Below are positions 25,629 through 39,664 of a DNA stretch of 64,000 bases, piece by piece. The notes beneath the pieces were generated by a model, which saw nothing but the letters and a program-made list of their open reading frames with translations, made no database searches and was not told where the DNA came from. The translations under genes and the position numbers were made by a program. Source of the stretch: Vicugna vicugna (lineage: Eukaryota); contig MU057640.1 in the NCBI GenBank assembly GCA_013265495.1, forward strand, positions 1 through 64,000, read 5' to 3'. The first letter of the stretch is position 1, and each line of letters begins with the position of its first letter.

Positions 25629-27167
25629 CTTTCTTTTAGTGTGAGTCTGCTGGTGGTGAATATTCTGTTTTGGTCTGAAAGCACTTTTTATTTTGTCTTC
25701 ACTTTTGAAGGATATTTTCACTGGACATAGAATTCCAGGTTGGCTGTTATTTTCTTTCAGCATTTGAAGTATATCATCTCATCATCTTTTGACTCCATTG
25801 TTTTTGTTAGAGAGGTAATGTCCTTGGTTTTCAGTAAGGCTTCTAGGTTTTTTTCTTTGTGTTTAAGATGCTTGAGTTGCATAGGTAACTTGAATCTGTA
25901 GCTTGACAGGTTTTGTCAGGTGTAGAATATCTCTTATGATATTGCTTCTGCCCCACTGTTTTGCTCACTCCCTTCTGGGATTCTAGATACCTGTATGTTA
26001 GAGCTTTCTCTGCATCCCATATATCTCTCATATGCTTTTCAGTATTTTCCATCTTTTTTTTTTTCTTTTCTGTCCTTCATCTGGGTATTTTCTGTTGACC
26101 TCTTTTCTAGTTCATTTAGTGTCCTGTCTGCTGTTACAAGCATCTGTTTTATTATTAAGTTTACATTAGGTATTTTTTAGTTCTAGAATTTCAGTGTTAT
26201 TATTTTTCATTTGTTTTTATAGATTCCAGTTCTTTGGTGAAATTCTCATCTTGTCATCTGAACATATTAATCACAGTTATTTTACAGTCTGTGATAATGA
26301 TAGCATCTGGATCCCCCTTTTGTCTTTTTCTATTATCTGCTTTTTCTCTGGCTTTCAGTTATTTGGTCCTGTCTCCTAGCATTCCTGGTAATTTTAGAAA
26401 TTAATGTCAGACATTTTTAATATAGGTTCACTTGTGTTATTCTTTAGATTCCTCTTATAAGTGATATCATATATTTGTCTTTCTCTGTCTGATATACTTC
26501 ACTTGGTAATTTCTTTCAGTGTGTGAGAAATTGTAGAGGCTCTTGATGATGATATTTTTCTCTAGAGAGTATTTAATTTTCTTCTGGTGATAGTTAAAAG
26601 TAGGAGCAGAAGCAGATAACTTTGATTCAGTACAGGCTTGAGATGACTTGAGACTTTGTTTTATGCTTTTGGGGGGCTGATTTAAATCCAGTTTCCCCTT
26701 ACTCTATAAGAGTTCTGTGTTCAAAGATATCAGATAGAATCCTAGAGTGTTTGCCAGGGCCTCTCCTTTTTGGCAGGCCCTGGACTGTAATTTTTCTTTT
26801 CCTAGCATTGTGAGATTACCAAAAGTTCTACTTGCCTTTTTTTTGCTTTAAAGTAGGCACTTTGCTTGGTTTTTGGCCTTTTGCCCCTACACAGGTTAGG
26901 ATTCAGTAAATACCCTGAGGGCCAAAACAGTACACAATGTCCAGACTCACTTTAAACTGTGGTTGCCTTTTCTCTGGAAATTTAGTCCATCAAATCCTGC
27001 CAGTCTCGATAAGCCCTGAACTCCATCTCTGCAGCCCTGTGAGACCACCAAAAGCTCTAGTCTGCAGCTAGTTGCCTTAGAAGGAAAAAGTAGTGAAGAA
27101 TGTCAGGCTTAACTCAGCATTTCTTTTTTCGCTGGTATTTTGGCTTCTCATATCCTGGCAGCCTTCT

Positions 27168-27310
27168 TTATTTTATTTTATTTTATTTTTGTTTTTAATG
27201 GGGGGAGGTAATTAGGTTTATTTATTTATTTTTAGAGGAGGTGCTGGGGATTCAACCCAGGACCTTGTGCATGCTAAGCATGCACTCTACCACTTGAGCT
27301 ATACTTCCCT
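27168..27310 (-). mobile_element. Vic-1-type SINE
   Basis: gggggaggtaattaggtttatt...ggggattcaacccaggaccttgtgcatgctaagcatgcactctaccacttgagctatac. Confidence 0.88.
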
Positions 27311-28145
27311 TCTCTATTTTTTTGTTTGTTTGTTTTTAAATGCAATTTTTATAGTTTTTCTTGCCAGGAGAATTGGTCTGATACAGTCTACTCAATAATA
27401 ATTTTTAATGGATGTCACTATGTATTATTAAATCATTTATTAAATATTATTAGTAATTTATAATAATAAAGCAATATTATAACCAATTTTAGGCATATAT
27501 TTAATCATTGCAGTGAACTTGACATATGGGGATCCTGCCTTCATGCAGTTTGTACTCTGTGGGGAGGAGAGATACCAAGAACACATTTATTTATATTGTG
27601 ATAAACAGTAGAGGAGACATACAGGGTGTTACGAGAGCTTATTATAGAGATTTAGTTCAGATAAGGGATGTGGTCAAGGACAGCTACTTTGAGACACTGA
27701 TATTTGAGCAGAGCTCTGAAGGATGAATGGAATTAATTTAGGGAAAAGTAAGAGGTTGTTAGAACCATGAATTAGGGAACTTCAGGTGAAAAGAAGCTTG
27801 GAGGTTTAAGGCATCAAAGAAGGCCAATATGGTTGGCCTCATAGGTAAGGGCTGAATTATGCCAAGTTTTGCAGGTCTTATTAAGGATTTTCTTATCCCT
27901 TTTTTCTCATTTCTTCCAAGTTTTTTTCTAACTAGAGATTTATACCTCTTAATCGCCTTCACCTATTTCTACCCCCTCCAGCCAAAAGGTGGATTATCTT
28001 GATCGTTCAGGTAGGCGAGTTAATAACTGAGTAAAATGCTATACACAAAGGGTAAACATATATGGTTCCATTGCCGACTTGATCCTGGAGAGACGTCTTT
28101 TTGACCCATTATAAGTATCCTTTTTGGGTCTGATCCCTTTTTTCT

Positions 28146-30565
28146 TTTTAACAAACTTTATTTTTAAGAGGAGTTTTAGGTTCACAGCAAGACTGAGCAG
28201 AAAGTACAGAGTTTACATGTTCCCTCTGCCCACATATACACAACCTCCCTATTAACATTTGGCACTGGAGTAGTACATTTGTTACAATCAATGAACCTAC
28301 ATTGACATATCATTATCATTCCAAGTCTGTGATTTACATTAGGGATCACTCTTGGTCTTGTACATTCTATGGGTTTTGACAAATACATAACATATATCTA
28401 ACGTACAGAATATCATATAGAATAGTTTCACTGTCCTGAAGTCTTTCTTCTGTGTTCTACCTATTTATCCCTCAAAACCCTCTCTCTAGTCCTGGCAACC
28501 ACTGGCAATCTTTTTAGTGTCTCCCTATTTTTACCTTCTCCAGAATATTGTAGAGTTGGAATCACATTGTATGTTCAGATTGGCTTCTTTCACTTAGGTA
28601 TATGCACTTAAGGTTTCCTCATGTCTTTTCATGGCTTGATAGATCAATTCTTTTAGTGCTGAATATTATCCCATTCTTTGCGTGTATCACAGCTTATTTA
28701 TCCATTCATCTACTAAAGGACATCTTGGTTGCTTCCAAGTTTTGGCAGTTATGAAGTAAGCTGTTATAATCAACCATGTGCAGACTTTTGTGTGGAGTTT
28801 TCAACTCCTTTGGGTAAATACCTAGGAGGGGGATTGCTGGATTGTATGTTTCGTTCTATAAGAAACTGCCAAACTGTCTTCCAACGTGGCTGTTCCATTT
28901 TGCATTCCCAGTAACAATGAATGACAGTTACTGTTGTTCCACATCCTTGTCAAAATTTGGTGTTGTCGGTTCTGGATTTTAGTCATCCCAATTGGTGTGT
29001 AGTTGTATCTCATTGTTATTTTAATTTGTAGTTCCCTTATGTATGATTTTGAATATCTTTTCATGAGCTTATTTGCTATCTGTATATCTTCTTTGGTGAG
29101 GTATCTGTTCAAGTCTTTTGCCCATTTTAAAATTGAGTTGTTAGTTTTCTTATTAAGTTTTAAGAGTTCTTTGTATATTTTGGATAATAGTCCTTTATCA
29201 GATATGTCTTTTGGAAATATTTTCTCCCACTGTGTAGCTATATTCTCATTCTCTTGACAGTTCATAAGCAGAGCAGAAGTTTTTAATTTTAATGAAGTCT
29301 AGCTTATCAATTATTTATTTCACAGATCATGCCTTTGGTCTATTTTAAAAGTCATTATCATATCCACAGTTATCTAGATTTTTTTTCCCTATGTTATCTT
29401 CTGTAAGTTTTATAGTTCAGCATTTTACATTTAGGTCAGTGATTCATTTTGAATGAATTTTTGTGAAGGGTACAAAGTGTATGTCTAATTTAATTTTTTG
29501 CATGTTGCTGTCCAGTTGTTCCAATATCATTTGTTTAAAAGACTGTATTTTCTCCAGTATGGTACCATTGCTCTTTTGTCGAAGATCAGTTAACTAGATT
29601 TATGTGGGCCTGTTTTGGAGCTTTAAATTTTAGAATGAGTTTGTCAATATCCACAAAATAACTTGCTGGGATTTTGACTGGAATTGTATTGAATCTGTAG
29701 ATCAATAGGGAGTCTTTCTATCTATGAACATGAAATATCTCTCCATTTATTTAGTTATTCTTTGATTTTGTTCATCAGAGATTTTTAGTTTTCAAGATCT
29801 TGTACATATCTTGTTAGATTTGCCCTAAGTTATACCGAAGTATAATTTTTTAAGTGCTAATGTAAATGTATTTTTTTTAATTTTAAATTCTACTTGTTCA
29901 TTGCTGGTATATAGAAAAGTGATTCATTTTTGTATCAATCCTGCAACCTTTTATCCTGCAACCTTACTATATAGTTAATTGCTTGTTAGTTCCAGAAACT
30001 TTTTGGTTGATTCTTTTGGGTTTTCTGGTGGATAATCATATCATCTGTGAACAAAGAGTTTTTAGGCAGTTGTATTTTGTTCTTTCCAATCCGTGTACAT
30101 TTAATTTCCTTTTGTTATCTTATTCCATTAACTAGGATTTCTTAGTTAATAATGTTAACTCGGAGTGGGGATTTGATGTTAAAAAGGAGGTGAGAGGAGA
30201 CATCTTTGCCATGTTCTTGATCTTATCATGAAGCCTTCTAGTCTTTCATGACTAAGTAAGATGTTAGCTGCAGGTTTTTATAGATGTTCTTTATAAGTTT
30301 TTATAGATGTTCTATATAAAATTGAGGAAATTCCTCTCTATTCCTAGCTGAGAGTTTTTATCATGAATGAGTATTGGATTTTATCAAATACCTTTTCTGG
30401 TATCTCTTGCTATTATCATGTGATTTTTCTTTTTAACCTGTTAATGTGATGGACTGCATTAAATGATTTATGAGTGTTGAATCAGCCTTGCTTACCTGAG
30501 ATAAATCCCACTCGGTTGTGGTGTATAATTCTTTTTATACATTGTTGGATTTGATTTTCTAATAT
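28146..30565 (-). mobile_element. Old LINE-1 (L1MC-like) 3'UTR plus degraded ORF2
   Basis: ttttaggttcacagcaa... 3' end; minus ORF 28822-29265 with ORF2 motifs (WEKIF...[16 protein letters not shown]...KWAKDLNR). Confidence 0.88.
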
Positions 30566-30789
30566 TCCTGCTCACATTTTTATTTATAGCTTCGTTGGAC
30601 CCCTTCATGGCATGCTGATCAAATATTCAGTTAAAGCTTTGAAGAGTGACATTGTATATTGGATGACAGCATTGAAGTCAGATTTTTTTTTCCTCTATAG
30701 GCTAAATTGGTTAAATCTAGCAAGATAGGATTTAAAATACATTAATTATGTAAATAAATATTTTTTTGAGAATCAGTTTAATATGCACA

Positions 30790-31020
30790 GTTAATGGCAC
30801 AAACTACCTTTTTTAATCCCAGCTCTCTCACTTAGAAGCTTTGTAACCTTGAGTAGGTTATTTAACTGCTCCATGTCTTCGTTTCTTCATCTGTTAAAGG
30901 GAGGTACTGATAGTACTGATCACACAGGGTTGTTATGAAGTATAAAAGAAGTGATATACATAAGTCGCTTAAAATAATAGTTGGCACATAGTAAGGGCTG
31001 ATTGACTACTACCTGTGATT
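30790..31020 (+). mobile_element. MIR SINE
   Basis: aatcccagctct...accttgagtaggttatttaac...gtttcttcatctgttaaa. Confidence 0.8.
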
Positions 31021-31869
31021 ATTATAAAATTCTGCACTTAGGTTCAAACAAACTCAGCTGTTCAGGATTTGAGTGATACAATTTAGCACAACTGAGAAAG
31101 ATTAGATGTCTTAGTCTTTTACTGATTGCAAACTTAGGGGAATGATAGTGTGATTTGGATAGGATAAAAATTAATGTAGTTTAACGGTCTAAAAGAGTGA
31201 TTAATAGCCTGATATTGCCGCTACCAATTTCTTATTAAAGTAGTTTGAAGAAAAATAAAAATTTAATATTTCTGAGTTTGAGGTTGATGGAAAGCCCTTT
31301 GCCAGAATCTGAGAGAAATATTTAATACTTACAAAGTAGAGGATCTGGATTGAGAAAAACCAACCTAAATATTTGTAGATTTTGGCTAAGATTCAGTGAA
31401 AGAAGGAAGGAAAACATCTCATGACTTTTTTCTGATGGTCTGTCCTTGGATCTGTAGACATAGGGTTAGCACCAGCTATGGAAACTTGGGCTGCTCTTCT
31501 TCTTGCCTAGTGACTTTCAAACTTAAAAAAAAAAATTTATGTAAAAGGAAGCTTGCCTTTCTCAGTGAGATCTAAACCGAACACACTAATACTGCAAACT
31601 ATGTTCCTTCTCCCTTATACTTTTGAATCCCTTTATCTTGTTGAATTTTTTCCTTCAAGTTTTGACTGACTATACAATTTACTTGGGTTTAAAGTTTGTC
31701 TCTCCCACAACTAGAACTGTAAGTCCCATGAAGACTTTTTTCACTAAAGTGCCTAGAACAGTGTCTGGAACAAAATAAGCACTCAGTAAATATTTGCTGA
31801 ATGAGTTGGATGAACAAAATCTCAAGCTGAAGTCCAATATATTATACCAATAAGAGCCTTGTGACTTTT

Positions 31870-32385
31870 TTTTAATTCTATTTTTAATTTTTTAATAGAC
31901 TTTTTTTTAAAGAGCAATTTCAGGTTCACAGCAGAATTGAGCAGAAAATACAGAGTTCACCCATAGCCCTCCCCACCTACACATATATACGCCCCTACCC
32001 TCAACATACCTCATCAATGTGGTATATTTGGTACAATTTATGAACCAACATGGACACATTATTGTCAACCAAAGTCCATTTCACTCTTGATGTTGTACAT
32101 TCTATGGGTTTTGACAAATGCATAATTCACATGTAGCCACCACTATAGTATTATACAGAGTAAGTTCATTGCTCTAAGAATCCCTTGTGCTCCATCTATT
32201 CATTCCTCCCTCCCTCCCTCTCTCCAAACCCCTGGAAATCATGGTTTTGGTTTTTTTTTTAATTCTTTCTGTAGCTGTGCCTTTTCCAGAATGTCATTTG
32301 GTTGGAATCGTGCAGTTTGTAGCCTTTTCTGACTGACTTCTTTTATTTAGTAATGTCTTTTAAGTTTCTTCCATGTCTTTCATGG
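31870..32385 (-). mobile_element. Old LINE-1 (L1MC-like) 3' end
   Basis: gagcaattttcaggttcacagcagaattgagcagaaa; degenerate TSD agagc(c/a)ttgtg(a/g)cttt. Confidence 0.8.
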
Positions 32386-32769
32386 AGAGCATTGTGGCTT
32401 TAATTGAAGTCAGGGCAGGGACCTGAAGTTCTCCCCACTGAATCCTGCCCTCTTCCACCTTGGGACGTCTAAGTAGCACAGTTTGAAAACTTATCTTACA
32501 AATAATGATCTATGAGGTTGCTGGAGTAGGGTTTACCCATTTCATTTTATCCTTCTTTCTATAACTAGAAACAGTAATTCCCAGAAAACAACTGGGCTTC
32601 AGTGGGGTGATGGTAGATACATGTTGAGGGCTACAGAAAGGCTCATTTCTTATGGGACGTATTCTTCCTAAACTGTGAAGCTCTTTTACAACCACTGGTA
32701 GACAGAGAACTGCTGGTAGCATTGCATATGCCATCAACTCAGAATGTCAGGGAACATTGTCCTGCCAAT

Positions 32770-34530
32770 GTTTTAGATGCTAAACAGAACAAAACAAAAT
32801 CAGCAAACAAAATCAATAAAGATGAGATAAAACCTTAAAATACAAAAAGAAACAAATGAACCTAACTAGTGTTTCAAATAAATAACAAACACACTTAAGG
32901 GGGAAAGATAAGTAACCCCAGTAACTTTTGAGCATAGTATACTTTCAAATTCAAGATGAAAAGAACTATAAACAAATAACAAATCTTAGTTTGTGGGCTG
33001 TCTTTTGTAATGGTATGAATTGGCAATTTTGAAACTATTTTCTGTCTATTTTAGGATTGAACAAATGAATAAGTATATTGGGGATAATGGGAGCTGTATT
33101 TTTCATTGTTGGAGAAGGGAGTTTCGTATATATGGAAGAAAAGACTCAAATGAACCCTGTGACATTGGATTTGAATTAGAGGTTATGAACTCATTTTTTT
33201 TAGCATTTATTTATATAAAGATAGGAAAAAAATACTTGTATGCATGTATACACTATTCTCTTAGAGACGTGTATATCTATATGTATACATATGTTATGTG
33301 CATGCCTGTGCATATATGTGTGTATGTATGTATATTCCATCTTTGCTGAGATTTCTGTTTGGTTTCTAAACATTCCTCACTTAAAGGAAATCAGAACTCC
33401 TTGAGAAATGGCTGATCCTAGGAAGAACTGGATTAGGGAAAGTACAAGGGGAGCTAGGAAAATATTATTGTTTCAGAAAGTAAGAATGTTTTTGAAGAAT
33501 GATGGGAACATGTCAAAAGGAACAAGAACCAGTTCAAAGAAGCATCCACTGACCAGATGAATAATGATAGTTATAGATTATAATCCATTGGGAAAATAAG
33601 AACCATACAAATATAAGTGAATGAATAAATTACTGAGTTGGGGAGAAGGGAAAGTTCTTCATTAAAATGACAAATAAAATGTTGAACTGTTGGAGTTGAA
33701 AAATGACCATTTTGGAACAATTAAAATAGTCCTTTCACACAAGAATCATCTGCAGGTACCAAAACTACTGGGGGAAAAGTTTGATGAGGAATATGATATT
33801 TACATAGTCTCAAGATAGTTTCTAGCAGAATATTTACTTATTACAAAGAGGAAAAGAGTAACGTTACAGTTAAGAGACTTGGCAGATACTCCTCAGTCAA
33901 GTGATCAAAGTTAGCATCGCTGGTATAGAACATACTAGCCTCTTGGAGCTTCTGATATGATGCAGTGAGAAAGACCCAGCATTACTTTGTGATACTCCTA
34001 CCAAAAATGGATAGCCTGAATTTAAACATGAGAGACCATCAGATAAACATCAGTTGAGGAACATTCTACAAAGTAACTGGTTTGTATTCTTTTAAATATC
34101 AATCTTAGAAATGAACTCAATCTTAAAAGACTTAAGACTGAGGAACTGTTCCAGATGATAGGATTCTAAAGAGACATTACCTCTAAATGCAGTGCGTGAT
34201 CCTGAACTTGGGAAATCAATAGCTTTAAAGGACATTTTTAAGGCAGTTAAAGACATCTAAACTGTAATTATATACTAGACATATGGACTGTAATTATATA
34301 ATAGAAATTTTAACATTGACACAGTGCTGATTGATTTGGTTAGCTATATTATAGCTTAAGCACATGTCCATGTTCTTAGGAAAATATATGGAAATTTTGA
34401 GGTCTGAAATGCTACAGTGTTTGCAACTCTCACGTGGTTCAGAAAAATGTGAAAGAGAGAATGACAAAGCAAATGGGATAAAATGTAAAATAATTAGTGG
34501 TAAACAGCAAATTTTCTCCATATTACATTA
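32770..34530 (+). mobile_element. Old LINE-1 (L1MC/L1MD-like) 3'UTR
   Basis: Recalled L1MC/D 3'UTR motifs (agaaatggctgatcctagg; aagtgatcaaagttagcatc; gaggaacattctacaaa). Confidence 0.65.
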
Positions 34531-35859
34531 AAAAATTATCTTAAAATTCCTTAATTAACATCTTTTCATATATTTGAATTGTGATTGAACCAACTTATCC
34601 TTATTAATTATTTACAGAATTTATTTAAAAGGACAAAAAATTATTCTCATCATTTAAAGCAAGTAAAGTAGTGCAAGAAATACTGATCAAGTAGAAAGAT
34701 TCCAAATTGTTAAGATACAGAGCAGAAAGACCTGATTTTTTTGTTTGGATTTCTGTCATGGCCTAGTAACCTCAAGCACCTCATGTCCTATGTTCATTTC
34801 TTTAAACATTTATAAAATAGGTAGTTTAAGGATTTCTTGAACATTTCCTATGTAACTTAATAAGTTTTCTTTTAAAAGATGCTTTGTAAAAATTAGATTG
34901 CCTTTGTTCTAGACAGATAGTTTTACAAATTTATGAAGAAAATTTGAAGGCCATTTTTGCAATTATTTGTTGAAAGGGGATATTTGGGGGATGGGGGTGG
35001 AAGTTCTTTATTAAATTTTTGAGCTACAGTGAACATAGTCATTTTAATAATTATTTTTATGTAATATGTCATTTTAATAATTAATATTTGTTAGACTGGT
35101 AAAATTCGTAAAAACTTAATGGTAGTATTGAGCTGTTTGAGAAAAATTATCCTATAGAATTTTTCCTTTTTTAAAAAGATTATTATATTGTATTGCTTCC
35201 TTCAAAGAAACACCTAACCTTATCTCAGATACATTCTTGGTAAATGCAGGCATTGATAGAAATCTGATTATTTATTTTAAAATTGTTCTATTGAGATTCT
35301 AAAGAGAGCAGTAGTGACAGTTTAACTTGTTTTAACTAGTAAAATGCCAGATGTAAATGGACACAATCATTCTTTTTAGTTGTAATGATAGCTCTACTCT
35401 TCTTTGATGACGTCTATTTCTGTTTTTCTCGTATAAAAATTCCTTCCTACCAGTACCAGGAATCACTCCTTCTTGACACAGCTCTTCCTGTCTTGGGCCC
35501 CTTGAATACCGCTCATTTTAGAAAGGATATGTGTGAAACGGAATTCATGGGAGAAGTTGTCAACAAACATGTCTTACTGTTTGTCTCTTTCTCTGTGTAT
35601 ATATATTTCGTATTTCAAAGATCCAATAATTTACCTCTAGGCATTTGACTTTTATCCAGGGAAATTTTATATTATGAATTAGAGGAGATTGTGATTCTGC
35701 ATTAATGTGTGGATCTTATAGTTGCTATGAATACCTGGAGTGGTCATCTTTGTTATATCATTACAATGGAGTCCTGTTTTCTGGGGGAAGTTGTGAACCT
35801 TCTCTTTTCTTTTGTGTACCTGTATTTTATTTGGATTTACCATATCAATATAATGTAGC

Positions 35860-36030
35860 AATAATTATGTTATTGACAACAATTTTGTGAGATGTTTATT
35901 ATTCTCATTTTACAGATGAGGAAACTGAGGCTTGGTGAAGTTACGAAACTTGTCCAAAGTCACACAGCTTGTAAAGTGCACAGCCAAGATTCAGAGCCAG
36001 GTCTGTCCAACTTCAGAACTCTTAATCATG
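35860..36030 (-). mobile_element. MIR SINE (exonized)
   Basis: MIR core in antisense: attttacagatgaggaaactgaggc...acttgtccaaagtcacacagct...gagccaggtctgtc. Confidence 0.9.
35916..36000 (+). other. NUMB: NUMB non-coding 5'UTR exon (85 nt) derived from antisense MIR
   Basis: Acceptor ttattctcattttacag|ATGAGGAAACTGAGG and donor CAG|gtctgt. Resembles the segment directly upstream of the first coding exon in the human NUMB mRNA as recalled. Confidence 0.78.
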
Positions 36031-36184
36031 GCCATGGAACTTTGAAATAGCTGTGAAGTATCAACCTATGATAAGTTGTATTGATACTAATATTGCTTAG
36101 CTGTTGTTTAATTCTAACTGATAATTTTTTTAATGGTGAGTTTTTTCATCCATAGTAATTTTATTGCATCTTTTAAATATTGTG

Positions 36185-36450
36185 AGAAGAAGTATAACAT
36201 AGTAATTGAGGGTCTGGGCTCTGGAGACAGCTACCTGGGTATAAATCCGTAAGCTTTTCCACTTACTTGTGTGACATTGGGAAAGTTACTTAATTTTTCT
36301 GTACCTCAGTTTTCCTATCTGTAAAATGGTGATAGTAATATTATCCATTCACCTGTTTGGTTGTTGTGAAGATTAAATGATTTAACATGTACAAAGCACT
36401 TGTAACACTGCGTAGCACACAGTAAGAATTCAATAAATGTTAACTGTTGG
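36185..36450 (+). mobile_element. MIR SINE
   Basis: tgggctctggagacag...tgtgacattgggaaagttacttaa...cctcagttttcctatctgtaaaatgg...caataaatgtt. Confidence 0.88.
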
Positions 36451-37249
36451 TATTATCATCTCCTAGCAACCAGTAAAACAGATGATCATTATTTCTAATT
36501 CTCTATTAGGAAATTTGGATAAAGCAAAGTTTAAGCAGCAATACATCACAAAACTCACATAAGCCAAAATTAAATTTAAATAAGTTTGACCCAGAGAAAA
36601 TCATACATTTGATCAAGTCCAGATCTATTGTAAAGCAGACTAGGCAGTGTTTATAGGTCTTATATGTACAAGGATATTGTATGTATGAGAACCGCACATA
36701 GGCCCACCAGAGATACCCTTTGAGCCCAGTATGGTCTTTGTATTATGAATGTGTTTTGTCTGTTTTCCACTTATAAGTGGAATTTGTATTGAGTAAATGT
36801 TCACGTTTTTAGATGGCTTTTAAGGAGATGGTGTTTTGGCAGTGTTTACAGATAATTATTAAGAAAGAAAGACTTGATGTTTTATGTAAAATATTGGCAA
36901 CATTTCATCATTTGAAGGAGTGGCTATTACTAGAATTTACATTTTGGAGAATGTGCACACTAATTGACTTTTGAACCAGTGGGACCACAGCACATTCTTT
37001 TATGTGCTCTTCACTCATACTTGTCTATTACAGCTGTCAGAGTTCTGAAGTACCATATCAACTTTTGCTGTAATTTAGTTAAATACCTGTAATTAGTGCC
37101 TGATAAGTTTATGCCAGTTGCAAAAATATTCATAAAAGGGAGTAATTTGAGTCAAGTGACGTAAAAATTCAAGAGCTGTTGTTAAAAAGAGGGGCTTGCT
37201 TTGTATATGAGCCCAGAATCTCAGTAGCTTTTAATCTACACTTGAATTT

Positions 37250-38590
37250 AATTTATTCTTTTTATTTTATGATATTGAGCCTTTCTATCCTTGGACATGG
37301 TATCTCTTTCTGGTTATTTAGATATATTAAAACGTCTTTTTCTCTATAAAGTCTCTCAAATCTTCTTTTAAATTTAATTATTAGATACCATATTTCTTGT
37401 TACTATTGTAAATAGTAAGTTTTTCCTCTCTTTTTCCATTTTCTGTTTGCTGATATAAGCTTTTTTGGTATAGAGATCTATGTTCAGCCACCTTACTAAA
37501 CTATTTTATTGAAGTATGATGATTGCAATTGTGTCTTCCTTTCCAGTGCTTACACTCTTTCTTTCTGTTGCTTCATGCTAGTTAGGACTTGAGTATAAGT
37601 ACAAGTGTTAATAGTGGGTGTTCTTGTATTGCATTTAATTTTTAAAAGGAAGTGCTCCTTATGTTTTGCCATTAAGAATAATGTTTGCTATAGATTTTTC
37701 ATAGATATTCTATAGGTTAAAGACATTCCTGTTGCTGTTTGGCTAAGATTTTGTATGTGTGTGAAGAATGAATATTGAATTTTATCAGATGATTTTCCTA
37801 CATTGGTGAGATGATCATGTTTGTCCCTCTTATTCTGTTAATGTGGTGAATGGCGTTTATAGATTTTCTAATGTTGAATTACTGTTGTGTTGCTGAGATG
37901 AACCTAACTTAATCATAATGGTCTTTTTTTTTTAAATATATAGTTGGATTTAATTTATTAGTATTTCATTTAGGATTTTTGCATCTGTGTTCACAGATGA
38001 AAGGCCCATAATTTTTATTTCTTATAGTATTGTCTTTATTTGATTTTGGTATCCAGATTATGCCAACCTCAAAGAATGAGTTGGGAGCTAACACCACCAC
38101 TCTGCCTCCCCACTACCCCAGAAGTATTTATATAAGACTGGAATGCTCTATTTTTTGAAAGTTTGGTTGAACTTCTGTTTGACTACCTGGCCTTAGTTTT
38201 TTGGGGAGAGAGGTGTGAGCTTAGTATTTTGTAAGGGAGATATATATTCCATTTTCTAAATGGTTTTATCTAGGATTTCTGTTTTTAGTTAAGTCAGTTT
38301 TTAGAAAGTTTTTTCTTTTTTTAGGAATCCATCCATTTTGTCTGAGTTTTAAAAAAAATATTTGGCATTAAGTTGTTTAATTTTTTATCTTTGAAATTTC
38401 TGTTGTCTGAGTATTTATCTCTCTTTTTTATTCCTAATTTTTTTGTGCCATCCTTTTTTCCCTTCATCGGTCTTGCTAGAGGTTTTATGTATTTTCTTAG
38501 TCTTATCAAAAAAGCAGTGCTTGATTTTGATTTTCTCTCTTGTATGTTTTCTGTTTCATTAATTTCTGGCCTTTCTCCTTTCTTCATTTG
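37250..38590 (-). mobile_element. Old LINE-1 ORF2 remnant
   Basis: Degenerate antisense ORF2 motifs (minus ORF 38321-38587: EINETEN...IKPLAR). Confidence 0.7.
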
Positions 38591-39664
38591 TTAAAGGAAA
38601 TGCAGAATCTAAAATAAGGACAGTGGGTTATCTCCCAGTTTCCAAGGACAGGATTTCATTAGGTCTTAAGAACAGCTGGAACCAAGGCTTATAATGCTAC
38701 TAGGACCTTACTTCTTTTTTCCTTTGTGGGTCTATTTCTTTCTCTCTTCCTATCAACTGACTTTTCTACACTTTAGTCTGTGAGGCAGAAAATGGTGAAA
38801 ATGAACCTCTAAAATTTGACATCCTTCCCAACTTGATGTGCTTTTGATTCCTCTAAGGATTTCAGATTTTCCCATCTGGATTACATTCTTTATTTCTGAA
38901 AATTTTTTTCCTTCAGAATTCTCTTTAATGAGGTTTTCTGTAGTAAACTCTCATTTTTTGGTGTTTTTGTCTGAAAGTATCTTTATCAACCTCCTTCTTG
39001 ATAGGTATATTATTAGGTATAAAGTGATGGGGTGGCAGTTATTTTTGTAGCCATTGGGAGAATTAATTCCATTCTCTTCTGGTTTTCCATTGTTGCTATT
39101 GATAAATCAGCTGCCAAATAGTTGTTCATTTAAGTGAATCTGTCTTTTTTTTTTTTTTCTTTTTTTAACCTCTGGCTGCTTTTGACCTCTGTTTTTGATT
39201 TTCTGAAGTTTTGTATGTTGTGCCTAGGTATAGATGTCTTTTTATTTATCCTGTGTGAGATTTTGACTGTGAACTGCTTATTTTCCCTGGGAAAAAGATG
39301 TGAGTATTCTTTGAGGCCTAAGAAGGAAATGCATTGCTTCAAGAGGATTTACCTTTTTTCCCCCAGATGCCTCAAGATAGTACAGTTTAGTGACTAAATT
39401 CATCCCTTGAGGTTTTGGACCACCAGAATGAAGTGAATTTGGGTTGCAGTTATGTGCATGGGCTTGCTTGTCTTTATAGTCTCTTAGGAATCCTTGTTCT
39501 CTTCTGTAATAGGAAGCCAAATTTCTGTGGGAATGGTTGGACTGGGTTTACTTCCCGTTCATTTGTTTTCTGTGGATGAAACTTTCAGGGGGTCCCAGCT
39601 TTATGAAGAAAGGGTCTTCTATTAGATTTTCCATGTTGAGTGGGTCTTGAACTTTGACTTCTGT

